A stretch of DNA of 64,000 nt from assembly GCA_965197475.1 (NCBI GenBank), contig CBDANF010000003.1:3744001-3808000 (forward strand). Direction: 5' to 3'. Within the stretch, counting starts at the first letter, position 1. Each line of letters opens with the position of its first letter. Made by a program: the position numbers and the translations under genes. Shown here one piece after another: positions 12,564 through 22,570 of the stretch. The notes beneath the pieces were generated by a model. The model made no database searches and was not told the DNA's origin. It saw only the letters and a list, made by a program, of their open reading frames with translations. The stretch is from Candidatus Poribacteria bacterium (lineage in GTDB: Bacteria; Poribacteria; WGA-4E; WGA-3G).

Positions 12564-12679
12564 TCCATAAGACTTGCTTGAACTCACTTACCTCGGATCA
12601 ATGATCCTTGAAGTAGAAATTCACAATGTAGAATAAACTGTGTCTTTTCTAAAAAAACAGTTTATTCTACTTTTCCAGA

Positions 12680-12718
12680 CAGTAGATAGGCGCGCTTACA
12701 AAGCGCGCCTATCTACTG
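12680..12718. repeat. Perfect 18-bp stem REP hairpin, possible terminator
   Basis: cagtagataggcgcgctt-aca-aagcgcgcctatctactg; related copies at 15901-16034 and 37468-37487. Confidence 0.75.
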
Positions 12719-12953
12719 CAAGTATACCCCATAGATTAAGTAGAACTCGCGAAACCCAACACGACACTTTTCAGTCATTTTGACAAAATACTACACACCA
12801 TCCTGATTTACTATAGTTGGCAATTGTCTAACTTTGTGCTATACTCCTTAAAGCAATACTCTCCAATAAAGCGATTTCTTCATAATCTTTTTACCGAAGC
12901 AAACTGCACCAAATTAGTTTGCCGCTCTCAATCACGTACTTTTTTCTCAAAAA

Positions 12954-12981
12954 TGCAACCTTCAAATGCCAAATAGCATCT
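12954..12981 (+). promoter_or_regulatory. Putative ECF-type promoter TGCAAC-N16-GCATCT
   Basis: Same motif and position as upstream of the other ECF fusions. Confidence 0.65.
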
Positions 12982-13018
12982 TTAACTTAAAAGATTAGTT
13001 TTGTTTGTGAGGTGTTCC

Positions 13019-15313
13019 ATGAAACATGATGATGCTGAGTTGATTGAACGCACACTTGAAGGTGATTCCCAAGCCTTTGCTGCACTTGTAGAAAAATACC
13101 AAGAGCAGATACACGCGCTGGCGTGGCAGAAAATTGGTGATTTTCACATCGCGCAAGAGATAACACAAGATGCCTTCATCACAGCGTATCAAAAACTTTC
13201 AACCCTCACACATCACAACCGCTTTGCGGGATGGCTATATGTCATTACCAGTAACAAGTGTAATATGTGGCACCGAAAGAAAAAACCGCAACTTCAATCT
13301 CTGGAGGAAACAGACCCTATGGAGTTAGAAGAGGTGTATTATTCAGATTATGTGTCTCGGCAACGTGAAGAAGCAGCGAATAAAAATCAGCGAGCGATTG
13401 TTCGGAAGTTGCTCAATAAACTCCGAGAAAGTGAACGGACAGTCGTAACGATGCATTACCTTGCAGGCTTAACATGTGAAGAGATTGGTAGGTTTTTGGG
13501 TGTGTCGCCGAACACGGTTAAAAGTCGGCTGCATCGCGCCCGAGAGAGGTTAAAGAAGGAGGAAGCAGTGATTCAAGAAAATCTTAGCAGTTTCCAACTG
13601 CCAGCACAAATGACAGAAAACATCATGAAGGAAATTTCACGTCTTAATCCAATAGCACCTTCAGGAAATAAACCTTTAGTACCGTTAGCAATATCCGCTG
13701 CATCAGCAATAATAGTTTTTTTGCTGATAGGCTTTGGGGCGCAAAATCTAATTCGGTTTCAAAAGCCTTATAGTATAAAGGCAACATCAAAACCAACGAT
13801 TGAAATCGTTGACACACAAATAGTCTTGGAATCCTCTGCCAAACCTTCAATAAACAATCAAGTTGGACGTTCGGATGTTCTCAGTAACAATGATGGAACG
13901 GGACAGGAACCGGATACATCACTATTTACTGGAGCACAGACGGATGATACTGAAAGAACTAATTTCAAAGGTAAATGGAAACAGACGAATGGACCTTACG
14001 GTGGCAAGATAACAACGCTTTATGAAACCACTAATGGCGTGCTCTTCGCGGGGACAGAGAACGCAGGTATTTTTCGCTCCACTGATAATGGAAACAACTG
14101 GACACCAGTTAATACTGGATTAAACAATGAAGGGCGATTTATGGATGTTACTGCATTCGCGGAAAAGGGGAATAAGATCTATGCAGGCAGGTGGGAGGCA
14201 TTATACGTTTCTACTGATATTGGCAACACCTGGCAACCTGTATCTGCTATCCAACGCCCTGGGGAAATCAGTGGTATTGTGATCCTTGATGACCATATCT
14301 ACGTTAGTACACATTTCAAAGGTGTTTGGCAGTCTAAAGATGGTAATTCATGGGCACAAATCAATGACGGACTTGGAACGACGACGTTTCATGGGATGCT
14401 CTTAGAGAATGACCTGCTAACAGTGATGGAGGTTTTTAGACTCTCAAGTCATGGGACAATGCTGGTTGCTACTACAAGAAAAGGACTCTTTCGTAGAACA
14501 GGGAATGAAGACTCGTGGACACTTACCAATCCAGTTGACGTTGAGCATTCAGATGGGGTTGAGTCGGAAAACAATTCGCAAGATAAACCAGGATTAAATT
14601 CTTCACCTAAGCAACATTCTTCATCTGATTTACATGTTGAGTCGTTCGCTTCAATGAAACATTTACTTTTTTTGAGTGGATATATGGGGAAAAAATCTGG
14701 GATCTTCCGGTCAAATGACGTAGGCGACTCATGGACGCTCATCACCCCAGAAAAAGTAAAAGAAGAAAGTGATGACGTTCAGACAATTGCCGTGCAAGGT
14801 GGGAGGCTATACGCTGGCACTTCTGACGGTTTGATCTATCTTTCGGAGGATATGGGTGATTCATGGATATCAATCAATGATGGGGTAATGCATGGTGATG
14901 TATTATCATTGTTACCAATCAATGATAATACTGTCTTCATAGGCACATCTAAAAATGGAGTCTTTCGCACAACAGACGCAGGGGATTCTTGGGTAGAATG
15001 TAACACTGGCATAATAAATACATCTGTCAGAAAATTAGAGGTCATTGGTGATAAACTATACACCGTTGTTGGTAGAAAAATTGTCTATTCTGCCGACGGT
15101 GGAGATACATGGTTGCCTATAAACGATCCTTCAAAGCAGAGCAAATGTGGTGTTCTAACCATTTGTGTATCAGATGGAGAGCTCTACATCGGTGCTTACT
15201 TTGGTGATGATAAATATATTCCATCTCATCTTGGTGGTGAGGGTGATAGTGTTTACAGGTTGAATAGAAAAAATAAAACTTTGGTTGAACTTTTCACAGA
15301 TATGGAATTGTAA
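13019..15313 (+). CDS. Membrane-anchored ECF sigma factor with BNR beta-propeller, probably frameshifted into 15316-15861
   Basis: Start ATG 13019 (GAGG RBS; aligns with paralogues); sigma2/sigma4, TM, many Asp boxes. Confidence 0.88.
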   Translation: MKHDDAELIERTLEGDSQAFAALVEKYQEQIHALAWQKIGDFHIAQEITQDAFITAYQKLSTLTHHNRFAGWLYVITSNKCNMWHRKKKPQLQSLEETDPMELEEVYYSDYVSRQREEAANKNQRAIVRKLLNKLRESERTVVTMHYLAGLTCEEIGRFLGVSPNTVKSRLHRARERLKKEEAVIQENLSSFQLPAQMTENIMKEISRLNPIAPSGNKPLVPLAISAASAIIVFLLIGFGAQNLIRFQKPYSIKATSKPTIEIVDTQIVLESSAKPSINNQVGRSDVLSNNDGTGQEPDTSLFTGAQTDDTERTNFKGKWKQTNGPYGGKITTLYETTNGVLFAGTENAGIFRSTDNGNNWTPVNTGLNNEGRFMDVTAFAEKGNKIYAGRWEALYVSTDIGNTWQPVSAIQRPGEISGIVILDDHIYVSTHFKGVWQSKDGNSWAQINDGLGTTTFHGMLLENDLLTVMEVFRLSSHGTMLVATTRKGLFRRTGNEDSWTLTNPVDVEHSDGVESENNSQDKPGLNSSPKQHSSSDLHVESFASMKHLLFLSGYMGKKSGIFRSNDVGDSWTLITPEKVKEESDDVQTIAVQGGRLYAGTSDGLIYLSEDMGDSWISINDGVMHGDVLSLLPINDNTVFIGTSKNGVFRTTDAGDSWVECNTGIINTSVRKLEVIGDKLYTVVGRKIVYSADGGDTWLPINDPSKQSKCGVLTICVSDGELYIGAYFGDDKYIPSHLGGEGDSVYRLNRKNKTLVELFTDMEL

Positions 15314-15315
15314 GT

Positions 15316-15861
15316 ATGGATGTAGTTGGCAATACATTTTATATGGGCACATGGGACAGTGGAGTCTTCCAGTGGGATCAGAAAACGGGTCTTACCAAAC
15401 TTGGTTTGGTACATCACAACATCTGGCTAATATCTGCAAATAGTGAGAATGTGATTGCGGTTACTGGAGATAGTGAAATCTACCGTTTTAAAGAGAACCG
15501 TTGGGAGCCTATTCACTCAACGGATATGATTGATGGCGGTTTGTCTGATCTCAAATGGGTTGGTTCAACGTTATATGTAACCATTTGGAACAAGGGGGTA
15601 TTTCGTTCCAGGGATGGAGGCGATACTTGGGCACCCATCAACGATGGTCTGGATGAGATATCTGCTACATCAATTGGAACAGATGGTACTGAGGTGTATG
15701 TCAGTACATCTACAGGTATTTTCCAATGGATAGAAGAGAAACAACATTGGAAGTCGATTGGTTCTCTTACACAACAGGTTTCATCTTTAGCAGTAGTTGA
15801 CGGTTTTCTTTACGCTGGTACTGTCAATAGCGGAGTGTATAAAATTCGGATTGAGCAATAA
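15316..15861 (+). CDS. C-terminal beta-propeller fragment of the preceding ECF fusion
   Basis: Asp box RSRDGGDTW and C-terminal LYAGTVNSGVY like the paralogue ends; upstream in-frame YGIVS continues the blade pattern. Confidence 0.7.
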   Translation: MDVVGNTFYMGTWDSGVFQWDQKTGLTKLGLVHHNIWLISANSENVIAVTGDSEIYRFKENRWEPIHSTDMIDGGLSDLKWVGSTLYVTIWNKGVFRSRDGGDTWAPINDGLDEISATSIGTDGTEVYVSTSTGIFQWIEEKQHWKSIGSLTQQVSSLAVVDGFLYAGTVNSGVYKIRIEQ

Positions 15862-15900
15862 ACTGCTTATAGTTGATTTACAGTTTACATTATTCTTTTC

Positions 15901-16034
15901 GGCGCGCTTACATGAAGATTAAGAAAACAAATCGGTCCTTTGGCGAGGTTAGGAAACCTCGCCAGCAAGGGTAAACCTGCCTCGTGTGGACAGAAAAGGA
16001 CCGAATTTTAAAATTAATCTTCATCAAGCGCGCC
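15901..16034. mobile_element. MITE with atgaagattaa/ttaatcttcat ends inserted in a REP hairpin loop
   Basis: Nested inverted repeats: ggcgcgctt/aagcgcgcc, atgaagattaa/ttaatcttcat, tcggtccttt/aaaggaccga, ggcgaggtt/aacctcgcc. Confidence 0.7.
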
Positions 16035-16181
16035 TACCAGTAAATTATAATGCGCGCCTATTAGTAGGTTTTATAACACTCCTATTAGTAGGGTGCTTTT
16101 TTATAATTCTCCACAAATCCCTTCTCACATTTGAAAAAAATTATCGTTCTTCCCTCCAAATTTGCATTTTTTTCCAAAATA

Positions 16182-16210
16182 TGCAATTCTATACCACAAA
16201 ATCGCGTCTA
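16182..16210 (+). promoter_or_regulatory. Putative ECF-type promoter TGCAAT-N16-GCGTCTA
   Basis: Conserved motif about 40 nt upstream of the ECF start. Confidence 0.7.
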
Positions 16211-16247
16211 TATATTATGAAAGATCAATTTGCTATTGAGGTATCAG

Positions 16248-19223
16248 ATGACATACGATGATTCTGATCTGATTCAACAAACATTAGAAGGTGATCAGCA
16301 AGCGTTTGCTGCACTTGTGGAAAAATACCAAAAACAGATACACGCGTTGGCGTGGCAGAAAATTGGTGATTTCCACATTGCGCAAGAGATTACGCAGGAT
16401 GCGTTCTTTACAGCATTCCAAAAACTTTCGACGCTCACAGACCATAATCGTTTTGCGGGGTGGCTATACGTGATTGCAAACCGCAAATGTATTGCGTGGC
16501 ACAGAAAGAAATCACCACAACCACAATCGTTAGAAGCGACAGACACAGTTGAATTAGAGGAGGTGTACTATTCAGAATATATGACCCAACAACGCGAAGA
16601 AGCAGCAAATCAAAAAAGACGTGCAATAGTCCAGAAATTGCTAAGTAAGCTACAAGAAAGCGAGCGAACAGTAGTCAATCTGTATTACATCGCAGAGATG
16701 ACATGTGAAGACATCGGCAAGTTTTTGGGTGTATCTCCGAACACGGTTCGCAGTAGACTTCACCGTGCAAGGAATAAAATGAAAAAGGATGAAACAATGA
16801 TTAAAGAAAACCTTAGCAGTTTCCAACTGCCGACACAATTAACGGAAAATATTATGAAAGAGATTTCACGCCTCAATCCAATAGTACCTTCTGGAAGCAA
16901 ACCTCTGGTGCCGTTAGCCATATCTGCTGCCTCAGCCATTTTAGTTGTCCTATTGATGGGAATTGGTGCGCAACATCTATATCGTTTTCAGAAACCGTAT
17001 CGTTTTGATGCGCAATCAGAACCGACAATTGAAATAACAGAAACGCAACTTGTCATTGACACGCCAGCAAAACCTGCTGTTCGGACCGCAATTGGTCGTT
17101 CAAATGTTTCAGGTAAGAACAACGGTACGGGACAGAAATCAGATGCCTCTCTGTTCGCTGCAGCACAAGCTCAAGAGTCAGAGATTCTAAAGTCCAAACA
17201 GAAATGGATTCAGGCAAAGGGACTGGAAGGGGGTGCAGTCACTTATCTCTTTGCAACAACTCGCGGTGACATGTACGCAGGCACACTCAGTGGTCTCTAT
17301 AGGCTTACAGATGATGGAAGTGCGTGGAAACTCATCAACACCCGTAATATACTTTCACCCAGCGCAGAAATTGAGGGAGAGGGTTGGGGACAAATGGTAG
17401 AGAGTGGTGATACCCTCTACTTTGCCACGAAAACAGAAGTGTTAGCGTCTACAGATAGAGGTGAAAAATGGAGGACGCTCGGCAAGCATCCGGGAGGTGT
17501 GCCTATTGGCATGGTAATAACGGATCACACATTTTATCTCGGTCACCGTGAAGGGGTATTCCGTTCCAAGGATGGTGGCACATCATGGATGCCGTGGACA
17601 CATTTAATCAATGAGCAAACAGGCAACAAAATTCGCGCAATTGCCGCTATTAAAAGTACTCTCTTTGCAGGAACCGATAAAGGTCTTTATCGTCTCAATG
17701 ACGATATCTGGGAAAAAATATCCATCGGCCAGGGGAATGCACAGGAAAAAGAAATTGGCATTCATGATTTGGCAGTTGTAGGAAATCAACTCTTTGTTGT
17801 AGTCTTACCGATAAAACTAAGAGGGACCTATGCAGTTAAGTTGCCCTTAGGAGATAAAAAATCAGTTAGTAATTTCGGTTGGAAGCTTTATCATTCAATT
17901 GATAGCGGTGATTCATGGAATTTGATTGCACACAAAGACAAAATTATCAATATGAGAAAGTCTTATTTTCCATTACAAGTATTAGGACCCAGGATGCACC
18001 AATTTCCGTTTACAGGGATGGGACCCAACTTGAATGTAAAGATAGCCGCAGTAAAAGGTAGAATCGTAGTAATAGATAGCGATTACCAGTCCTACTCAAT
18101 TGATGGAGAAGGAAATTGGGTATTAGATGATACTTCAAATAACGGCAGTATACACAACATAACTCCAGTCCCTGTGATGTTAAACCCAAATACCATATAT
18201 ACTTCCAACGCATACGGCATTTATCGTAGTACGGATGGTGGCAAGTCATGGCAACAATTTAATTCAGGGTTAACAGGAACCTCCATCTTGACTTTAGTTG
18301 CTGTTAATGATGCCCTTTATGCGATTACACCTGAAGGACTTGTCACCTCAACTGATGGAGGTGAATTGTGGACAAATGTTTTCCTCGTAGGGGGAGATTT
18401 TACTATGAGTCTGAAGATTTTCCACGAGTCAGTCTATGTAAGAACTGATAGAATGTTAGCGCAAGCAAGTACCATTGTCAAAAATGTGCAAGTTCCCGAG
18501 ATGAAAATAGGGGATATGAAAATTAATCGTTTATCAACAAAAAACGGTAAGAAAACCTTCATTCGTGAAACCCCCACTTTTGAACAAAGTAACCTACCTG
18601 CTATTGGAACGGTACCCGGAAACTTTGCCGTTAGTGGTACAACCTATTATGCAGAATACACCAAAAAACTCTTCAGATGGAAACCTGGTGCTACTGAATG
18701 GTACGACACAGGATTAATAGATAAAGGTGAACCGCCTCCTTTTGACGAATTCGCTGACATCCTTGATTATACCGGTTTCAAACTTGCTGTTTCGGGTGAG
18801 ACGGTTTACGTCGGCAAAAGAGATGGACACCTCATGCAATCTTTTGATGAAGGAGATACTTGGAACGATGTCACAGCAAATTTACCACTTTCTGTTGACC
18901 ATTTTAACTCAATAGCCTTCGTGGGACAAACTATCTATGTGGCAACCGACAAAGGTGTCGTGTCGTCAAGAAACGGCACTGATTGGCATATTATAACTGA
19001 TGGAAAAGAAAAACACCTTGTCGTTGATAGATTTGCAGTAGATGGCACAACGGTATATGGTCAAGTTGGGCAAAAAGTATACCAATTAAAAAAGAATTCA
19101 GACGTATGGGAACAGATTACACCAGAAATTCCATACCCTGTTTCTTGTTTTGATGTTGATCGGAAGACACTCTATGTTGGAACGTTCGGTAGTGGTGTGC
19201 TTCGTTTCATGCTTGATGAATAA
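16248..19223 (+). CDS. Membrane-anchored ECF sigma factor fused to BNR/Asp-box beta-propeller
   Basis: Start ATG 16248 (GAGG RBS); close paralogue of 7907-10876 in sigma, linker, TM and terminal blades. Confidence 0.92.
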   Translation: MTYDDSDLIQQTLEGDQQAFAALVEKYQKQIHALAWQKIGDFHIAQEITQDAFFTAFQKLSTLTDHNRFAGWLYVIANRKCIAWHRKKSPQPQSLEATDTVELEEVYYSEYMTQQREEAANQKRRAIVQKLLSKLQESERTVVNLYYIAEMTCEDIGKFLGVSPNTVRSRLHRARNKMKKDETMIKENLSSFQLPTQLTENIMKEISRLNPIVPSGSKPLVPLAISAASAILVVLLMGIGAQHLYRFQKPYRFDAQSEPTIEITETQLVIDTPAKPAVRTAIGRSNVSGKNNGTGQKSDASLFAAAQAQESEILKSKQKWIQAKGLEGGAVTYLFATTRGDMYAGTLSGLYRLTDDGSAWKLINTRNILSPSAEIEGEGWGQMVESGDTLYFATKTEVLASTDRGEKWRTLGKHPGGVPIGMVITDHTFYLGHREGVFRSKDGGTSWMPWTHLINEQTGNKIRAIAAIKSTLFAGTDKGLYRLNDDIWEKISIGQGNAQEKEIGIHDLAVVGNQLFVVVLPIKLRGTYAVKLPLGDKKSVSNFGWKLYHSIDSGDSWNLIAHKDKIINMRKSYFPLQVLGPRMHQFPFTGMGPNLNVKIAAVKGRIVVIDSDYQSYSIDGEGNWVLDDTSNNGSIHNITPVPVMLNPNTIYTSNAYGIYRSTDGGKSWQQFNSGLTGTSILTLVAVNDALYAITPEGLVTSTDGGELWTNVFLVGGDFTMSLKIFHESVYVRTDRMLAQASTIVKNVQVPEMKIGDMKINRLSTKNGKKTFIRETPTFEQSNLPAIGTVPGNFAVSGTTYYAEYTKKLFRWKPGATEWYDTGLIDKGEPPPFDEFADILDYTGFKLAVSGETVYVGKRDGHLMQSFDEGDTWNDVTANLPLSVDHFNSIAFVGQTIYVATDKGVVSSRNGTDWHIITDGKEKHLVVDRFAVDGTTVYGQVGQKVYQLKKNSDVWEQITPEIPYPVSCFDVDRKTLYVGTFGSGVLRFMLDE

Positions 19224-19242
19224 TTTTAAGGAGTTAAAACAC

Positions 19243-19950
19243 ATGAAAACCTTATACTCAATATCCGCAACTATAGTTATTCTTGCTATTGGGTTTACCG
19301 CCTACATGTGGTACGATACAAACAAGTTTGTTGAAAGTCTCCCACAAGTAAAAGAGGTCGGTTCAGAGGGCGAGAAACCTATAGACACGAATTCTGGGGT
19401 GCCGCTGCAAACAGTAGGTGAGCAGGACACCTCCGAAAAAACCGAATCGGGACACGGAACCCATCACCACCATGATATGGGGGAAGAGGCACCCAATTCG
19501 CTAGAAGTAACCAAACTGGAAGATGACATGAATCATTCCCATGCACTTAAGCATTCGGATACTTCACAAAAAGTTTCCGAAGAACACAAAAGTACCGTCC
19601 GCTTTTTCGATATGACGACAAACCAACAAATAGCGAAACTGAGAACGTGGCTTGTTAAGAATCATGACAATCCTGCTGAAATCGACGAATTTTTGCAATT
19701 GGAGAGAAAGACTATAGAGAATCGCGTTTCTCTTTCAAATGGATATTCCGTACTGAACATGCACATAGATGATCAGATAAGACATGCGGAACTTCAAGTG
19801 AAACTTTATCCACATCTCGGAAACGAGGGTCATCTTCAACATTTACTCAAAACAAAGACAGAAATAGAGTCTGGGAAATTAATCCCCATAAACGAGTTTC
19901 CCAGAGAAATGTGGGAACAAATCACCCTTAACATAGATCCAATTGAGTAG
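19243..19950 (+). CDS. Hypothetical N-terminally anchored protein with His-rich patch
   Basis: AAGGAG RBS then ATG 19243; N-terminal TM; GHGTHHHHD. Confidence 0.7.
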   Translation: MKTLYSISATIVILAIGFTAYMWYDTNKFVESLPQVKEVGSEGEKPIDTNSGVPLQTVGEQDTSEKTESGHGTHHHHDMGEEAPNSLEVTKLEDDMNHSHALKHSDTSQKVSEEHKSTVRFFDMTTNQQIAKLRTWLVKNHDNPAEIDEFLQLERKTIENRVSLSNGYSVLNMHIDDQIRHAELQVKLYPHLGNEGHLQHLLKTKTEIESGKLIPINEFPREMWEQITLNIDPIE

Positions 19951-20318
19951 TTTTATGTCGGCTTTCTATCAGAAAATTCTAAGTTGTTTACTGTTTTTCT
20001 GCTTCCTGTTTTTCGCCTTCTGGATCCGCATCCAAGGCGTAGAACGTATCATCCCATGTCAGTTTACCGAAAATGCTGCCTATTTCTACTAAAGATGGGA
20101 ATCACCAAGCATTGTAAAAAACAGGTGTACACCGACTAACATAGTGCAGTAAATTCTTGCTATCCTTTTTAACGTTAAAAGACTCTATTATGTATACCGA
20201 ATCGATCAGAGTGTAATCAGGATGGACAGGAAAAACAGCCTTGTCCACTCTCCAAACGGTCCTGCTTGCTGGATGCAGCAGAACAAAAGGATAACTTCAA
20301 TCTTATAGGAGGAACACC

Positions 20319-21071
20319 ATGAAACGCAAACAATACTGGGGGCTTGTCGCTCTCATTATTCTAATGGCTGGGGTCGCCGTGTTATGGGTTCAACACGAAC
20401 GCTCAGATATCCGGCAACCTCAACAGGAGGCTGCTGAGGCAGACAAGTTAAAGGAAAGCGACAAGAAAAAAGAAACGCCAGAGGTGGTAAATGATCGCAG
20501 TGTCGGTGCTGAAAAAGCTAATATAGGAAAGGTCTCTGATGCAGATGTAGAAAAATTACACAAGGAGGTTGCTGCGGAGGGAAAAGTTTCTGATGCAGAT
20601 GTAGAAAAATTACTCAAGAAGGTTACTGCGGAGGAAGAAGAGGTGAAGGAAGTCCTCTCGGTTGAAGAGATAGCAAAACGAGAAATCAGGCAGCAACAGA
20701 AGAAGATTTTTACGCAAATCAAGGCATTGATAGCAGCAGAAGGAGGAGCTGTAAGCACTTCAACAATTGGCCGACAAAAGATGGATGAGTTCCTCCAGCT
20801 GCAAAGAGAGTTGTTTAATCTTCAGCAAGAAATAGATGGAATCCCGAATCTCAAGGTGAAGACCTTCTTTGATCTTGCAGTGATGGTGAACAGCAGCTTG
20901 AACCGAAATGATCAAATGCCTGTTTCTGAATATATAAAATTAGCGGATTACATGGAAACAGCAGGTGATGTTGAAGCCTCAATTAAGATGCGCGCCGTGG
21001 CACAACGTGCCATTGACAATGGAGACGAAGTTATTAAACCTGAGCACATAGCGGCAGAGGCAGCTAAATAA
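20319..21071 (+). CDS. Hypothetical N-terminally anchored coiled-coil protein with 18-aa internal duplication
   Basis: AGGAGG RBS; MKRKQYWGLVALIILM TM; GKVSDADVEKL..V.AE twice (20526-20633). Confidence 0.75.
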   Translation: MKRKQYWGLVALIILMAGVAVLWVQHERSDIRQPQQEAAEADKLKESDKKKETPEVVNDRSVGAEKANIGKVSDADVEKLHKEVAAEGKVSDADVEKLLKKVTAEEEEVKEVLSVEEIAKREIRQQQKKIFTQIKALIAAEGGAVSTSTIGRQKMDEFLQLQRELFNLQQEIDGIPNLKVKTFFDLAVMVNSSLNRNDQMPVSEYIKLADYMETAGDVEASIKMRAVAQRAIDNGDEVIKPEHIAAEAAK

Positions 21072-21125
21072 TAAAGCACCTGCTGTCACCTCTATGAGGT
21101 TTTATGAAACGTCTGAATTATCTAC

Positions 21126-22479
21126 CTGATATTTCTCAGAATGGTCTTCAACCTAATAATCATCAATAGAAACAAGGTGTAACACCATGGAAATGCGTTT
21201 TTGCTGTGTCCATTTTCCTTGACTTTTATAGCATGAGAGCCCATCCTAATTACAGTTTCAGACATAAAATGCATTAGGAGGACATCTCATGCTAACTCAG
21301 CTTATCAAATCTATAACCTTTTTTCAACTACTTCTATCTTCACAGTTTCGCACCTTGAAACAGGGTCTTGTTCATACCTTAGTGTTTTTGTCAATCTGTC
21401 ATCTGTTTGGACTTACTAACCCGAATCAAGTGGCGGATGCGCTGTCTATTCCGAAAGCGAGACTATATCGGGCACTGAATACGATGAGTCTTTATCTCTG
21501 GCAGCATCTTTTTGTGCGTATCGGGTGTTCTATTGCGTTAGAGGTGCTACAGGAGGCAGTATCAAAAAGTGCTTCTACCCTATCGCGTCTGTGTATCGTC
21601 ATCAGTTGGATGATACCTTTGTTTTCCGTTATGGAGCGGAACTCTCCTACGTATCTGATTGGTGGTCTTCTCAAGCAAATCAGCCGATGAAGGGACAAAA
21701 TATATTGGGGATCACAATAAAGATTAAAAATCAGATCATTCCGCTGAATATGCGACTGATCAGCAAACAAGGACGCGGGAACACGGATAAACCCTCCTGT
21801 GTCATCACTATGTTCAAGGAAGTGGTGTTCTTCTTTGAAGAGACCGGAATAGATATCCGAAACTATCCGATCACCTTCGATGCGTGGTATGGCAGCCACC
21901 ACTTGATTGACACCTTGCGAGAAATGGGATTTGAAACGATCCTTGTGCACGGAAAAAGCAACTATGTGATGACGATTGATGAAAAAAAGGTGAAACTCTC
22001 GGAGCATAAAAAGTCGATCAAACTCCTCTCCAATCAATGGGGTTGCGATAAACCGGTCTATCGCACTAAAGCCACAAGTCCAACTTTTGGAAAAGTAGTG
22101 GTGTTGTTCTTGGCAGACCGTGGCAAAATCCGAACAATGCTGGTATTCGGGAAACCGCTGCGTGCGTGTGAAATCCTACGGATATGGTCTCAACACCACG
22201 GTATAGAACAGTATTGGCGGCATCTAAAAACAGACCTAAACCTCGCATCCATGAGCCTAAAAGGACGGAATGGCGCGTATGCGAACTTAGGTGTGAAAGT
22301 GATGAGCTACCTTTTGATACAGCAGGTCAGTCGCTCCGTGCGAAAAACCTTTCATCAAGGACAACTTGAACTTTCAGGACAGAGGCAGATGCTGTCTGAT
22401 CTCAGCGAGCATTTTCATGAACAAATACCAAGAAAACATTGATAAACATTGACATATGAAGAATTTTGATAAATATCAG
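21126..22479 (+). mobile_element. Insertion sequence (IS4/IS701-like DDE) with 17-bp imperfect terminal inverted repeats
   Basis: Left ctgatatttctcagaat (21126) and right attttgataaatatcag (22479) enclose the transposase. Confidence 0.8.
21289..22442 (+). pseudogene. Frameshifted DDE transposase
   Basis: ORFs 21289-21690 and 21525-22442 join near 21607 (CIVIS / DDT); motifs DDT, FDAWY, HHGIEQYWRHLK. Confidence 0.8.
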
Positions 22480-22570
22480 TCATTATTCTTTTGACGTGTG
22501 GTGTTTGTAGTCGCGCAATTCACGTGCCTCTTATTTTCATTTTCAAACAATTTATTAAGGAGTATTTGAT

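Noticed and set aside
19988-20080. Minus-strand fragment GSIFGKLTWDDTFYALDADPEGEKQEAEKQ*
   Set aside because: Looks like a gene remnant, but is too short and interrupted upstream to assign
20215-20285. Hairpins upstream of 20319 as a possible riboswitch (also the leader 47890-48030)
   Set aside because: No recognisable riboswitch consensus; would need an Rfam/Infernal search
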